Shown: positions 12,890 to 25,705 of the stretch, in pieces
How the letters are laid out: each line of letters opens with the position of its first letter
How positions within the stretch are numbered: the first letter of the stretch is position 1
From: Isurus oxyrinchus
Taxonomy: Eukaryota
Direction: 5' to 3'
Length of the DNA: 64,000 bases
NCBI GenBank assembly: GCA_026770705.1
Contig: JANJGN010000016.1
Coordinates: forward strand, 87,358,001 to 87,422,000
Notes under the pieces: generated by a model
Told to the model about the DNA's origin: nothing
Seen by the model: only the letters and a program-made list of their open reading frames with translations
Database searches by the model: none
Position numbers and translations under genes: made by a program

Positions 12890-15800
12890 ATACTGCTCCC
12901 TGCTCCCTCCAACACTGCCAGATCGCTACTCTCTCTAACACTGCCAGATTGCTACTCTCTCCAACTCTACCAACTCCCTACACTCTCCAATAATCCCAAC
13001 TCCCTGTTCCCTCGAAAACTACCAACCCAATGCAGTCTCCAATAAAGACAGCTCCATCTCTCCCCAATACCGCCAGCTTCCTGCTCCCTCCATTACTGCC
13101 TGCTTGTTGCTCCCTCTAATACTGCTGACTCCCTAGCCCCTCTAGTAATGTCAGCTTCCTGTTCCTTTTAATACAGCCACTTCCCTGCTCCCTCCAATAT
13201 TGCCAGCTACCTGCTCCCTCAAACACTGCCAGCTCCCTGCTCCCTCCAATACTGCCAGCTCACTGCTCCCTCCAATACTGCCAGATACCTGCTGTCTCCA
13301 ATAATGCCAGCACCTTGCTCCATCCACAATTGCCAGCTCCCTGCTCGCTCCAATATTGCCAGTTGACTTCTCCCTCCTTAACTGCCAGCTCCCTGCTCCC
13401 TCCAATGCTGCCACCAACAAGCTCCCTCCAATACTGCAAGCTCCCTGCTCCCTCCAATACTGCCAGCTTCCCTTCCCTCCAATACTGCCAACTCTCTGCT
13501 CCCTCCAATACTGCCAGCTTCCCTTCCCTCCAATACTGCAAGCTCCCTGCTCCCTCCAATACTGCCAGCTTCCCTTCCCTCCAATACTGCCAACTCTCTG
13601 CTCTCTCCAATACTGCCAGCTTCCCTTCCCTCCAATACTGCCAACTCTCTGCTCCCTCTAATACTGCCAAATCTGACAATTCCAGCTCCCTGCGCACTCC
13701 AATAATGCCAGATTGCTGCTCTCTCCAATTCTGCCAGCTCCCTGCTCCTTCCAATAGTCAATCCCATCTGTTTTTAATTGTACAATATTCAAGAACAACT
13801 CACTCCCTGGAGAGCTCATGTAAATACTGAGCCCCTCCTGGAGCCCAATGTTATGGGAGGGAAACAAAGGAAATTCAGAACGAGTGGTTCGAGAGAGAAA
13901 CTCGGCAGCTTTAATTCAGAGGGGCGTGATCTCACAACATTGTTAGGTGCTGAACACAAAAATACTGCTCCCTGCTCCCTCCAATACTGCCAGATCGCTA
14001 CTCTCTCCAACACTGCCAGATCGCTACTGTCTCCAACTCTACCAGCTCCCTGCACCCTCCAATAATGCCAAATCCCTGTTCCCTCGAAAACTACCAACCC
14101 AATGCAGTCTCCAATAATGACAGCTCCCTGTTCCCTCCAAAAGTACCAGGTCCCTGCACCCTCCAATAATGCCAACTCCCTGTTCCCTCCAAAAGTACCA
14201 GGTCCCTGCACCCTCCAATAATGCCAACTCCCTGTTCCAAAACTACCAGGTTCCTGCACCCTCCAATAATGCCAACTCCCTTTTCCCTCCAACACTACCA
14301 ACCCAATGCAGTCTCCAATAATGACAGCTCCCTGCTCTCCCCAATACCGTCAGCTCCCTGCTCCCTCCACAACTGCCTCCTTACTGCTCCCTCTAATACT
14401 GCCGACGCTCTAGCCACTCCAATACTGACACTTCCCTGCTTACTCCAATACTGCCAGCTCACTGCCCCTCCAATAATGCCAGTTCTGTGCCCCTCCACTA
14501 ATGCCAGCTTCCTACTCCCTCCAATACTGCCAGCTCCCTGACCCTGCAATAATGCCAGTTCCGTGCTCCCTGCAATAATGCCAGTTCCCCACTACCTCCA
14601 ATAGGGCCACCTCCCAGATCTCTCCAATACTGCCAGCTCCTATCTCAATATAATCCTGCCAGCTCCCTGCTCCCTCCAATAATGCCAGCTCCCTGCTCCC
14701 TCCAATATTGCTAGCTCACTGCTCCCTCCAATACTGCCAGCTCCCTCCTCCCTCCAATACTGCCAGCTCCCTGCTCCCTCCAATACTGCCAGCTCGCTGC
14801 TCCCTCCAATATTGCTAGCTCACTGCTCCCTCCAATACTGCCAGCTCCCTGCTCCCTCCAATACTGCCAGCTCGCTGCTCCCTCCAATTCTGCCAACTAC
14901 CTAGTCCCTCCAATACTGCCAGTTCCTTGGATACAACAATAAAGCAAGTTCCTGCTCCCTCCAATGCTGTCAGCTCCCTGCTATCTCCAATAATGCCAGG
15001 ACACAGATCTCTCCAATACTGCCATCGCCCTGCTGTCACCAATACTGCCATCTCCCTGCTCTCACCAAAACTGCTATCTCCCTGCTCTCATCAATACTGG
15101 CATCTCCCTGCTGTCACCAATACTGCCAGCTCCCTGCTCTCTCTAATACTGCCAGCTCCCTGCTCTCAATAATACTGCCAGCTCCCTGCTCTCACCAATA
15201 CTGCCAGCTCCCTGCTCTCTCTAACACTGCCAGCTTCCTGCTCCCTCATACCCTGCCAGCTCCCTGCTCCCTCCAATACTGCCAGCTCCCTGCTCTCTCT
15301 AATATTGCCAGCTCCCTGCTCCCTCATACCCTGCCAGCTCCCTGCTCCCTCCAATATTGCCAGCTCCCTGCTCCCTCATACCCTGCCAGCTCCCTGCTCC
15401 CTCCAATACTGCCATCTCCCTGCTCTCACCAATACTGTCAGCTCCCTGCTCTCTCTAATATTGCCAGCTCCCTGCTCCCTCATACACTGCCAGCTCCATG
15501 CACCCATCAATACGACTGTCTCCCTGTTCCCTCCAATGCTGTCAGCTCCCTGCTACCTCCAATAGTGCCAGGACCAGATCCCTCCAATACTGCCACCACC
15601 CTTCTCTCTCCAATACTGCCAGCTCCCTGCTCTCTCTAATATTGCCAGCTCCCTGCTCCCTCATACCCTGCCAGCTCCCTGCTCCCTCCAATATTGCCAG
15701 CTCCCTGCTCCCTCATACCCTGCCAGCTCCCTGCTCCCTCCAATACTGCCAGCTCCCTGCTGTCACCAATACTGCCAGCTCCCTGCTCTCTCTAATATTG

Positions 15801-18220
15801 CCAGCTCCCTGCTCCCTCATACCCTGCCAGCTCCCTGCTCCCTCCAATATTGCCAGCTCCCTGCTCTCTCTAATATTGCCAGCTCCATGCTCCCTCATAC
15901 CCTGCCAGCTCCCTGCTCCCTCCAATATTGCCAGCTCCCTGCTCCCTCATACCCTGCCAGCTCCCTGCTCCCTCCAATACTGCCATCTCCCTGCTCTCAC
16001 CAATACTGCCAGCTCCCTGCTCCCTCATACACTGCCAGCTCCATGCACCCATCAATACGCCTGTCTCCCTGTTCCCTCCAATACTGTCAGCTCCCTGCGC
16101 ACTCCAATAGTGCCAGGACACAGATCCCTCCAATACTGCCACCACCCTTCTCTCTCCAATACTGCCAGCTCCCTGCTCTCTCTAATATTGCCAGCTCCCT
16201 GCTCCCTCATACCCTGCCAGCTCCCTGCTCCCTCCAATATTGCCAGCTCCCTGCTCCCTCATACCCTGCCAGCTCCCTGCTCCCTCCAATATTGCCAGCT
16301 CCCTGCTCCCTCATACCCTGCCAGCTCCCTGCTCCCTCCAATATTGCCAGCTCCCTGCTCCCTCATACCCTGCCAGCTCCCTGCTCCCTCCAATACTGCC
16401 AGCTCGCTGCTCTCACCAATACTGCCATCTCCCTGCTCCCTCATACCCTGCCAGCTCCCTGGTCCCTCCAATGCTGTCAGCTCCCTGCTATCTCCAATAA
16501 TGCCAGGACACAGATCTCTCCAATACTGCCATCTCCCTGCTGTCACCAATACTGCCATCTCCCTGCTCTCACCAATACTGCCAGCTCCCTGCTCTCTCTA
16601 ATATTGCCAGCTCCCTGCTCCCTCATACACTGCCAGCTCCATGCACCAATCAATACGTCTGTCTCCCTGTTCCCTCCAATGCTGTCAGCTCCCTGCTACC
16701 TCCAATAGTGCCCGGACACAGATCCCTCCAATACTGCCAGCTCCCTGCTGTCTCCAATAATGCCATCTCCCAGCACCCTCCAATACAGCCAGCTGCCTTC
16801 TATCTCCATAACTTCCATCCTCCATCTATGTTCGATGATGCCAGATCCCTGTTCCCTCTGTTACTGCCTGCTCCCTGCTCCCTGCTACCCCCATGGCTGG
16901 CAGCACCCTGCTCCCTGCTTTACTGCCAGATCGCTGCTCTCTCCAATTCTGCCAGCTCCCTGCTCTCTCCAACAAGACCAGCTCCCTGCTCTCTCCAATT
17001 CTGCCAGCTCCCTGCTCTCTCCAACAAGACCAGCTCCCTGCTCTCTCCAATTCTGCCAGCTCCCTGCTCTCTCCAACAAGACCAGCTCCCTGCTCCATCT
17101 ACCACTGCCAGCTCCCTGCTCCCTGCTTTACTGCCAGCTCCCTGCTCCCTGCTTTACTGCCAGCTCCCTGCTTCCTCCAATACTGCCAGCTCCCTGCTTC
17201 CTCCAATACTGCCAGCTCCCTGCTCCCTCCAATACTGCCAGCTCCCTGCTTCCTCCAATACTGCCAGCTCCCTACTCTCTCCAATAATGTCAGCTCCCTG
17301 CTCACTCCAATAATGCCAGCTCCCTGCTCCCTCCAATAATGCCAGCTCCCTGCTCCCTCCAATACTGCCAACTGCCCGCTCCCTCTAATACTGCCACATC
17401 GCTACTCTCTCTGACAATTCTAGCTCCCTTCGCACTCCAATACTGCCAGATCGCTACTCTCTCCAAGAATGCCAGCACCCCGCTCCTTCCAATACTGCCA
17501 TCTCCCTGCTGTTTCCAATACTGCCAGGTCCCTGCTCTCTCCAATAATGCCAGCTCCCTGTTCCCTCAAACACTACCAGCTCCCTGTGGCCTCCAATAAT
17601 GCATGCTCCCCGCTCTTTCCAATACTGTCAGCATCCAGTACCCTCCAATACTGCCATCTCCCTGCTCTCTCGAATACTGTCAGCTCCCAGCTCCCACCAA
17701 TACTGCCAGCTACCTGCTCCCTCTAAACTACCACCTCCCTGCTCCCTCCAGCATCGCCACCTCCCAGCTCCCTCCAACACTGCCATCTCCCTGCTACCTC
17801 CAATAATGCCAGATCGCTACTCTCTCCAATACTGCCAGCTGCTTGCTCTCTCCAATACTGCCAGCACCCTCTAACACTGTCACCTCGCTGCACTGTCCAG
17901 TACTCCCAGATCCTTACTCCCTCTAATACTGCCACCTCGCTGCACTGTCCAAAACTCCCAGATCCTTACTCCCTCTAATACTGTCACCTCCCTGCTCCCT
18001 CTAATACTGCCACCTCCCTGCTTCCCCTAATACTGCCAGCTCCCTGCTCTCTCCAATACGCCCAGATCCTTACTCCCTCAGATCCTGCCAGCTCCCTGCT
18101 CTCTCCAATACTGCCAGCACCCTGCACTCTCCAATACGCCCAGATCCTTACTCCCTCAGATCCTGCCAGCTCCCTTCTGTCTCCAATACTGCCAGCTCCC
18201 TCCTCCCTCCGAAACTGCCC
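12890..18220 (+). repeat. C-rich ~26-bp satellite (CTCCCTCCAATACTGCCAGCTCCCTG)n
   Basis: Directly visible degenerate 26-bp period over ~5 kb. Confidence 0.95.
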
Positions 18221-18779
18221 ATTTCCTGTGGTCAGAGGTTGTCCTCAATGCCAATTATGCCCCCATGTATGTGAATTGGTTCAGCCTCAAGCAGTTCCCT
18301 GCTTTGACTAAACACTGTTTTCCATTGCTGGAACCTCGATTTAATCGGAATTATTTTTCTATTGATAGTTCCTGGGAGTGAACAATGTCTCTGGAAGGTG
18401 GAGGGAGGGAAGTTGAATCATCGCCACACTAACTGGCACTGGGAAAATGTCACTGGCTTCACGGGGCAGAACTGGTGGCTCGTGACCCCCAGGGGGTTAT
18501 TTTAGGGACAGGGTGAAAACAGACAGTCGGGGGGGCTGCGTTAGTCAGAAACTCCTGTTTGAAAGTCTGGATTTCACACCCAATTGTGGAACTTACTGAG
18601 GATTCCCATGATGTAAACCTGCCTCCGGCTGCTAAAAGGGACACCTGCACCTTTAACACTCAAACACTGATTGGAAGCGATGTTTCTGGAGATGGATATG
18701 TAACCGGCACTAACCCACTTCCACTGAAGGTGTGGAGTGTGCTGACTGGGAGGGAAGTGAGAGTTACAGGATGTCTCAG

Positions 18780-18920
18780 TGACCCAGCGAGAGGGTCCAC
18801 AGCTTCTCAGATGTGACTCTGGAGCCCTGGTGTGGGAGGTCCAGAGGAGAAGGGATGTCCCTCACCCACAGGGAGTGGGGAAGGAGGTTACAGAGGCAGC
18901 TCATGCAGTCAATATGGAGG
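18780..18920 (+). pseudogene. Possible remnant of a Harbinger-associated Myb/SANT-like ORF
   Basis: Frameshifted FSDVTLE..LVWEVQRRRDV resembles the FSD..LE.LV.EV..RRD start of such proteins. Confidence 0.4.
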
Positions 18921-18959
18921 GAGATCACTCAGGAGGTGACAGCCCAGAGCACTGTCCCC

Positions 18960-20963
18960 AGGACATGGATATAGAGGATTGGATAAGGAAAAAAAGGAGG
19001 CTTATGACAGATACAGAGGGCTGAAAACAGCAGAAGCCCTCGAGGAGTATAGAAAGTGGAGGGGGGTACTTAAAAAAATAATTAGGAAAGCAAAGAGGGG
19101 CATGAGAAAACACTGGCAGGCAAGGTAAAGGAAAATCCTGAGGCATTTTATAAATATATTAAGGGCAAGAGGATAACCAGGGAAAGAGTAGGGCCTATTT
19201 GGAACCAAAGTGGCAATCTGTGTGTGGAGCTGGAGGACGTGGGTGAGGTTTTAAATGATTACTTTTCATCTGTGTTCACTATGGAGAAGGACAATGTAGC
19301 TGTAGAAATCAGGGAGGGGGACTGTGATACACTTGAACAAATGAGCATTGAAAGGGAGGAATATTAGTGCTTTTAGCTGGCTTAAAAATGGATAAATCCC
19401 CAGTCTGAGATGAGATGTACTCCAGGCTGCTGTGTGAGGCAAAGAGAGGAGATAGTAGGGGCTCTGACACTAATTTTCAAATCCTCTCTGGCCACAGGAG
19501 AGGTGCCAGGGGACTGGAGGACAGTGAATGTGGCACCGTTATTCAAGAAGGGTAGTAGGGATAAACCAGGTAAACACAGGCCAGTGAGTCTAACATCAGT
19601 GGGAGGGAAATTATTGGGAAAAGTTCTGAGGGACAGGATTAATCTCCACTTGGAGAGGCAGGGATTAATCTGGGATAACCAGCATGGCTTTGTCAGGGGG
19701 ACATCATGTCTAACACATCTGATTGAATTTTTTGAGGAGTTAACTAGTTGTGTAGATGAGGGTGCTGCAGCTGATGTAGTTTACATGGACTTCAGTAAGG
19801 CTTTTGACAAGGTCCCACATGGGAGAATGGTCAAGAAGGTCAGAGCTCAAGGGATCCAGGGCAATTTGGCAAATTGGATCCAAAATTGGCTGAGTGGCAG
19901 GAGGCAAAGGGTCATGTTCGAAGGTTGTTTTTGTGACTGGAAGCCTATGGCGAGTGGTGTACTGCAGGGATCGGTGCTGGGACCCTTGCTGTTTGTAGTG
20001 TACATTAATGATTTAGATGTGAATATAGGAGGTATGATAGGAAGCTCGACGGTGACACCAAAATTGGTGGTGTAAATAGTGAGGAGGAAGGCCTTAGATT
20101 ACAGGATGATATAGATGGACTGGTCAGATGGGCAGGGCAGTGACAAATGGAATTTAATCCTGGGAAGTGTGAGATGATACATTTTTGGAGGACTAACATG
20201 ACAAGGGAACACACGATGAATGGTAGGACCCCAGGAAGTACAGAGGATCAGAGGGACCTCGGTGTACATGTCCATAGATCCCTGAAGGCAGCAGCACAGG
20301 TAGATAAGGTGGTTAAGAAGGCATATGGGATACTTGCCTTTATTAGCCGAGGCATAGAATATAAGAGCAGGGAGGTTATGTTTGGAGCTGTATAAAATGC
20401 TAGTTAGGCCACAGCTGGAGCACTGTGTGCAGTTCTGGTCATCACATTATAGGAAGGATGTGCCTGCACTGAAGAGGGTGCAGAGGAGATTCACCAGGAT
20501 GTAGCCTGGGCTGGAGTGTTTCAGCTATGAAGAGAGGCTGGAGACGTTAGGGTTGTTTTCCTTAGAGCAGAGAAGGTTGAGGGGGGAGCTGACAGAGGTG
20601 TACAAATTATGAGAGTTGGAGATAGGGTAGGTAGGAAGAAACATTTCCACTTAGCAGAGGTGTGAATAACCAGGGGACATAGATTTAAGGTGAGGGGCAG
20701 GAGGTTTAGAGGGGATGTGAGGAAAGATGTTTTCACCCAGAGGGTAGCTGGAATCTGGAACTCACTGCCTGACGGAGTGGTAGAGGCAGCAACCCTCACA
20801 ACACTTAAGAAGTATTTAGATGAGCACTTGAAATGCCAGAACATACAGCGCTAAGGGCCAAATGCTGGAAAATGGGATTGGAATAGACAGGTGTTTGATG
20901 GCTGGCATGCACACGATGGGCCGAAGGGCCTGTTTCTGTGCTGTATAATTCTATGTCTCTATG
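18960..20963 (+). mobile_element. 5'-truncated CR1 LINE with disrupted ORF2 reverse transcriptase
   Basis: VPGDWRTVNVAPLFKKG, NQHGF, VVYMDFSKAFDKVPH, GVLQGSVLGPLLF; tail GGCCGAAGGGCCTGTTTCTGTGCTGTA..CTATG. Confidence 0.95.
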
Positions 20964-21234
20964 ACCCAATGGCTCCAGTGTCAATAAACTACAACAACCA
21001 GAATATCTTGTGTTTATATAGTGAGTGTAACTGAATATAATGTCTGAATGCACTTTACAGGAATGTTATCAACTAAAAACTGATGCTGTATTAACAAAGG
21101 AGATATTAAGACAGACGAGCAACAGCTTCGAAAGAGGCAGGTTTGAGGAATGTGTTAAAGGGGACAAAGAGGGGTTGGGAATTGGAGAGGTTTAGGGAAG
21201 GAATTCCGGAGTTTAGAGATTTGGGAGTTAAATT

Positions 21235-21503
21235 TTCTGTGGAGTGGTGAAGTTCCTCACAGAAGTTGCAGTCGTCTTGTACAGCAGAAGGGGCTCCGCT
21301 CCGGTGTGTGGTCCAGCCAGTTTGCACAACCTGCTGCAGTTTCTCAGGACGACATCCTTCTTGGTCACTTCCCTGATCTCAGTCAGTTTGGTTCCAGCCA
21401 CAGGAAAGTTCTTTGTCAGCGTGTGAACCTGTGCTGCCCTTTCTTTATTCTCTTGCTCCGTGATGGGTGGGTATGCACGTGACAGAGAGTCTGCGATGTA
21501 CAT
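21235..21503 (-). mobile_element. Gypsy pol fragment, downstream part (after RNase H)
   Basis: MYIADSLSRA..LTEIREVTKKD continues the fragment at 23698-24690. Confidence 0.8.
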
Positions 21504-23697
21504 ACCAGGACTGTCACTGACCTCATCTCCTCTGGGGATCTCCCTCCCACAGCTTCCAACCTGATAGTCACCCAACCTCGGACGGCCCGCTTCTATCTCC
21601 TACCCAAAATCCACAAACAGAACTGCCCTGGTAGACCAATCGTCTCAGCTTGCTCCTGCCCCACAGAACTCATTTCTCGTTATCTTGACTCCCTTCTCTC
21701 TCCCCTTGTCCAGTCCCTCCCCACCTACATCCGTGATTTCTCTGACACCTTACGTCACATCAACAATTTCCAGTTCCCTGGCCCCAACCGCTTCCTCTTC
21801 ACCATGGACGTCCAATCCCTCTACACCTCCATCCCCCACCAGGATGGTCTGAGGGCCCTTAGCTTCTTCCTCGAACAGAGGCCCGAACAATCCCCATCCA
21901 CCACTACTCTCCTCCGTCTGGCTGAACTTGTTCTCACGTTGAACAATTTCTCCTTCAACTCCTCTCACTTTCTCCAAATAAAAGGTGTGGCTATGGGTAC
22001 CCGCATGGGCCCCAGCTATGCCTGTCTCTTTATGGGATATGTGGAACATTCCTTGTTCCAGTCCTACTCCGGCCCCCTTCCACAACTTTTTCTCCGGTAC
22101 ATCGATGATTACTTCGGTGCCGCTTCATGCTCTCGTCGGGACTTGGAAAAATTTATTAATTTTGCTTCCAATCTCCACCCCTCCATCATTTTCACGTGGT
22201 CCATCTCTGACACTTCCCTTCCCTTCCTTGACCTCTCTGTCTCAATTACTCTGGTGATAGACTGTCCACCAATATCCATTACAAACCCACCGACTCCCAC
22301 AGCTACCTCGACTACAGCTCCTCACACCCCGCTTCCTGTAAGGACTCCATCCCATTCTCCCAGTTCCTTCGCCTTCGTCGCATCTGTTCCGATGATGCTA
22401 CCTTCAAAAACGGGTCCTCTGACATGTCCTCCTTCTTCCTTAACCGAGGTTTTCCACCCACGGTCGTTGACAGGGCCCTCAACCGTTGCCGGCCCATCTC
22501 CCGCGCATCCGCCCTCATGCCTTCTCCTCCCTCCCAGAAACATGATAGGGTCCCCCTTGTCCTCACTTATCACGCCACCAGCCTCCGCATTCAAAGGATC
22601 ATCCTCCACCATTTCCGCCAACTCCAGCATGATGCCACCACCAAACACATCTTCCCTTCACCCCCCTTATCGGCATTCCATAGGATCGCTCCCTCTGGGA
22701 CACCCTGGTCCACTCCTCCATCACCCCCTACTCCTCAACCCCCTCCTATGGCACCTTCCCATGCCCACGCAAAAGATGTAACACCTGCCCCTTCACTTCC
22801 TCTCTCCTCACCGTCCAAGGGCCCAAACACTCCTTTCAAGTGAAGCAGCATTTCACTTGCATTTCCCCCAACTTAGTCTACTGCATTCGTTGCTCCCAAT
22901 GTGGTCTCCTCTACATTGGAGAGACCAAACGTAAACTGGGCGACCGCTTTGCAGAACACCTGCGGTCTGTCCGCAAGAATGATCCAAACCTCCCTGTCGC
23001 TTGCCATTTTAACACTCCACCCTGCTCTCTTGCCCACATGTCTGTCCTTGGCTTGCTGCATTGTTCCAGTGAAGCCCAACGCAAACTGGAGGAACAACAC
23101 CTCATCTTCCGACTAGGCACCTTACAGCCTTCCGGTCTGAATATTGAATTCAACAACTTTAGGTCGTGAGCTCCCTCCCCCATCCCCACCCCCTTTCTGT
23201 TTCCCCCTTTTTTTTCCCAATAAATTATATAGATTTTTCTTTTCCCACCTATTTCCATTATTTTTAAATATTTTAAAATCTTTTATGCTCCCTCCACCCC
23301 TACTAGAGCTGTACCTTGAGTGCCCTACCATCCATTCTTAATTAGCACATTCGTTTAGATAATATCACCAACTTTAACTTTAACACCTATGTGTTCTTTT
23401 GTACCATTGTCGCTGACATCTTTTGATGATCTGCTTCTATCACTGCTTGTTTGTCCACACAACCACCTCTGTCTCTCTCTCTCTCTCTATCTCTCCGCCC
23501 CCCACACACACACCTTAAACCAGCTTATATTTCAACTCTTTCCTGGACTCGAAATCAAGTTCTGTCGAAGGGTCATGAGGACTCGAAACGTCAACTCTTT
23601 TCTTCTCCGCCGATGCTGCCAGACTTGCTGAGCTTTTCTAGGTAATTCTGTTTTTGTTTTGGATTTCCAGCATCCGCAGTTTTTTTTGTTTTTATAT
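21504..23697 (+). mobile_element. Penelope-like retroelement (RT + GIY-YIG endonuclease), 5'-truncated, few frameshifts
   Basis: MDVQSLYTSIP, KGVAMGTRMGPSYACLFM, FLRYIDDYF; GIY-YIG NLVYCIRCSQCGLLYIGETKRKLGDRFAEH; stop at 23169; flanked by ATGTACAT direct repeats. Confidence 0.93.
23558..23596 (+). ncRNA. Minimal type I hammerhead ribozyme-like motif in the Penelope 3' region (variant core)
   Basis: Stem I AGTT/AACT; core CTGTCGA; stem II GGGTC-ATGAG-GACTC; GAAA; palindromic ACGT; predicted cut after GTC (23592). Confidence 0.7.
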
Positions 23698-24690
23698 ATG
23701 TACATTTCCATGTCTGGTTTCTATTTAACTCTGGCCTGGTACTTCTGCAGACACATTAATAATCTTTGGATTCTTGGTGGTGCACAGTTTAAGGGTTTTT
23801 AAGTGCAGCTTCCAAAGGCTTATGATCAGACTCTACCTCCATGTCTTTGCCAAACTGATGGAAACGTTCTAGGTCAAACACAATTGCTAACATTTCTTTC
23901 TCTATTTGGACACCCCGCTGCTGTGTTTCAGTCGTTGCCTTTGAAGCCGATGCCACTGGAGCCTCATTTTGCAAGAGGACATTTCCCAGACCAGTCTTTG
24001 AAGCGTCCACTGAGATCTTGACCGGGTGACTGACATCGTAACACTTTAACCCTGGTGCTTGGGTCAGTGTTCTGTCCAGACAGGTCAAAGCTTCCTGGTG
24101 ACTTTGTTCCCAGTGCAATTCCACATCATTTTGTGGAAGTTCTCTGAGAGGTGCTGTCAGGTCTGATATGTTTGAAATGAATTTCCCAGGATAGCTCACC
24201 ATTCCCTAATACCTCTCCAAGTCTTTCTTACATCCTGGGAGTGGCATGTTCACAACTGCTTCGATTTTACTCGGGTCCGGTTTCAGTCCCTCACTTGTTG
24301 GCACATGTCCCAAGTACTTGATTTCATGAAGACCTATATTGTACTTTTCCTTCCTCAACTTGAGGCTCCTTTCTCCAGCTCTGGCCAGTACCTGCCTCAG
24401 TCTGTGGTCATACTCTTCTCGTGAGTCTCCCCAGACCAGCACATCGTCAATATAGGTTTCACTGCCCTCTAACCCTTCAAACAGCCCCTTCACTGCTCTG
24501 TGGAAAACCTCCGGAGCTGAATTAATACCAAAAGGTCAGCATAGAAACCTGTATAACCCGTATGGTGTGTTCAAGGTACAGAGACAGGAGCAGCGTTCAT
24601 CCAGCTTGACCTGCCAGAAGCACAAACTCACATCTGAGACTGAATAGTATTTAGCATCAGCAACTATACACGTGATCTCTTCTACACGTG
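23698..24690 (-). mobile_element. Gypsy pol fragment (RT and RNase H), disrupted
   Basis: FGINSAPEVF..TYIDDVLVWG; VDASKTGLG..IEKEMLAIVF..ESDHKPLE. Confidence 0.93.
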
Positions 24691-25305
24691 ATCTCTGAAT
24701 AGTATTTAGCATCAGCAACTATACACGTGATCTCTTCTACACGTGATCTCTGAATAGTATTTAGCATCAGCAACTATACACGTGATCTCTTCTACACGTG
24801 ATCTCTGAATAGTATTTAGCATCAGCAACTATACACATGATCTCTTCTACACGTGATCTCTGAATTGTATTTAGCATCAGCAACTATACACGTGATCTCT
24901 TCTACACGTGATCTCTGAATAGTATTCAGCATCAGCAACTATACACGTGATCTCTTCTACACGTGATCTCTGAATTGTATTTAGCATCAGCAACTATACA
25001 CATGATCTCTTCTACATGTGATCTCTGAATATTATTTAGCATCAGCAACTATACACGTGATCTCTTCGGCACGTGATCTCTGAATAGTATTCAGCATCAG
25101 CAACTATACACGTGATCTCTTCTACATGTCATTTCTGAATATTATTTAGCATCAGCTTATTTACACGTGATCTTTTCTACACATGATCTCTGAATAGTAT
25201 TCAGCATCAACTACTTTACATGTGATCTCTTCTACACGTGATCTCTGAATAGAATTTAGCATCAGCTAGTTTTCACGTTATCTCTTCTACACGTGATCTC
25301 TGAAT
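24641..25305 (+). repeat. 55-bp minisatellite, ~12 copies
   Basis: Unit TGAATAGTATTTAGCATCAGCAACTATACACGTGATCTCTTCTACACGTGATCTC. Confidence 0.95.
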
Positions 25306-25705
25306 GATATACCTGAGTACACAGACTGGATTGTGAAGTGTGATGTACCTGAGTACACAGACTGGATTGTGAAATGTGATGTACCTGAGTACACAGACTG
25401 GATTGTGAAGTGTGATGTACCTGAGTACACAGACTGGATTGTGAAATGTGATGTACCTGAGTACACAGACTGGATTGTGAAGTGTGATGTACCTGAGTAC
25501 ACAGACTGGATTGTGAAGTGTGATGTACCTGAGTACACAGACTGGATTGTGAAGTGTGATGTACCTGAGTACACAGACTGGATTGTCAAGTATGATGTAT
25601 CTGAGTACACAGACTGGATTGTGAAGTGTGATGTACTTGAGTACACAGACTGGATTGTGAAGTGTGTTGTACCTGAGTACACAGACTGGACTGTGAAATG
25701 TAACT
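25305..25705 (-). repeat. Inverted copy of the 36-bp satellite, ~11 units
   Basis: Reverse complement of the unit at 1-5020. Confidence 0.97.

Noticed and set aside
13151-17935. Cys/Pro-rich keratin-associated-like ORFs
   Set aside because: The 26-bp unit cycles through frames; no codon-level constraint
25305-25705. 36-bp satellite derived from the Gypsy RT motif (VPEYTDWIV versus EPTDWV)
   Set aside because: Opposite strand to the adjacent Gypsy and the similarity is too short
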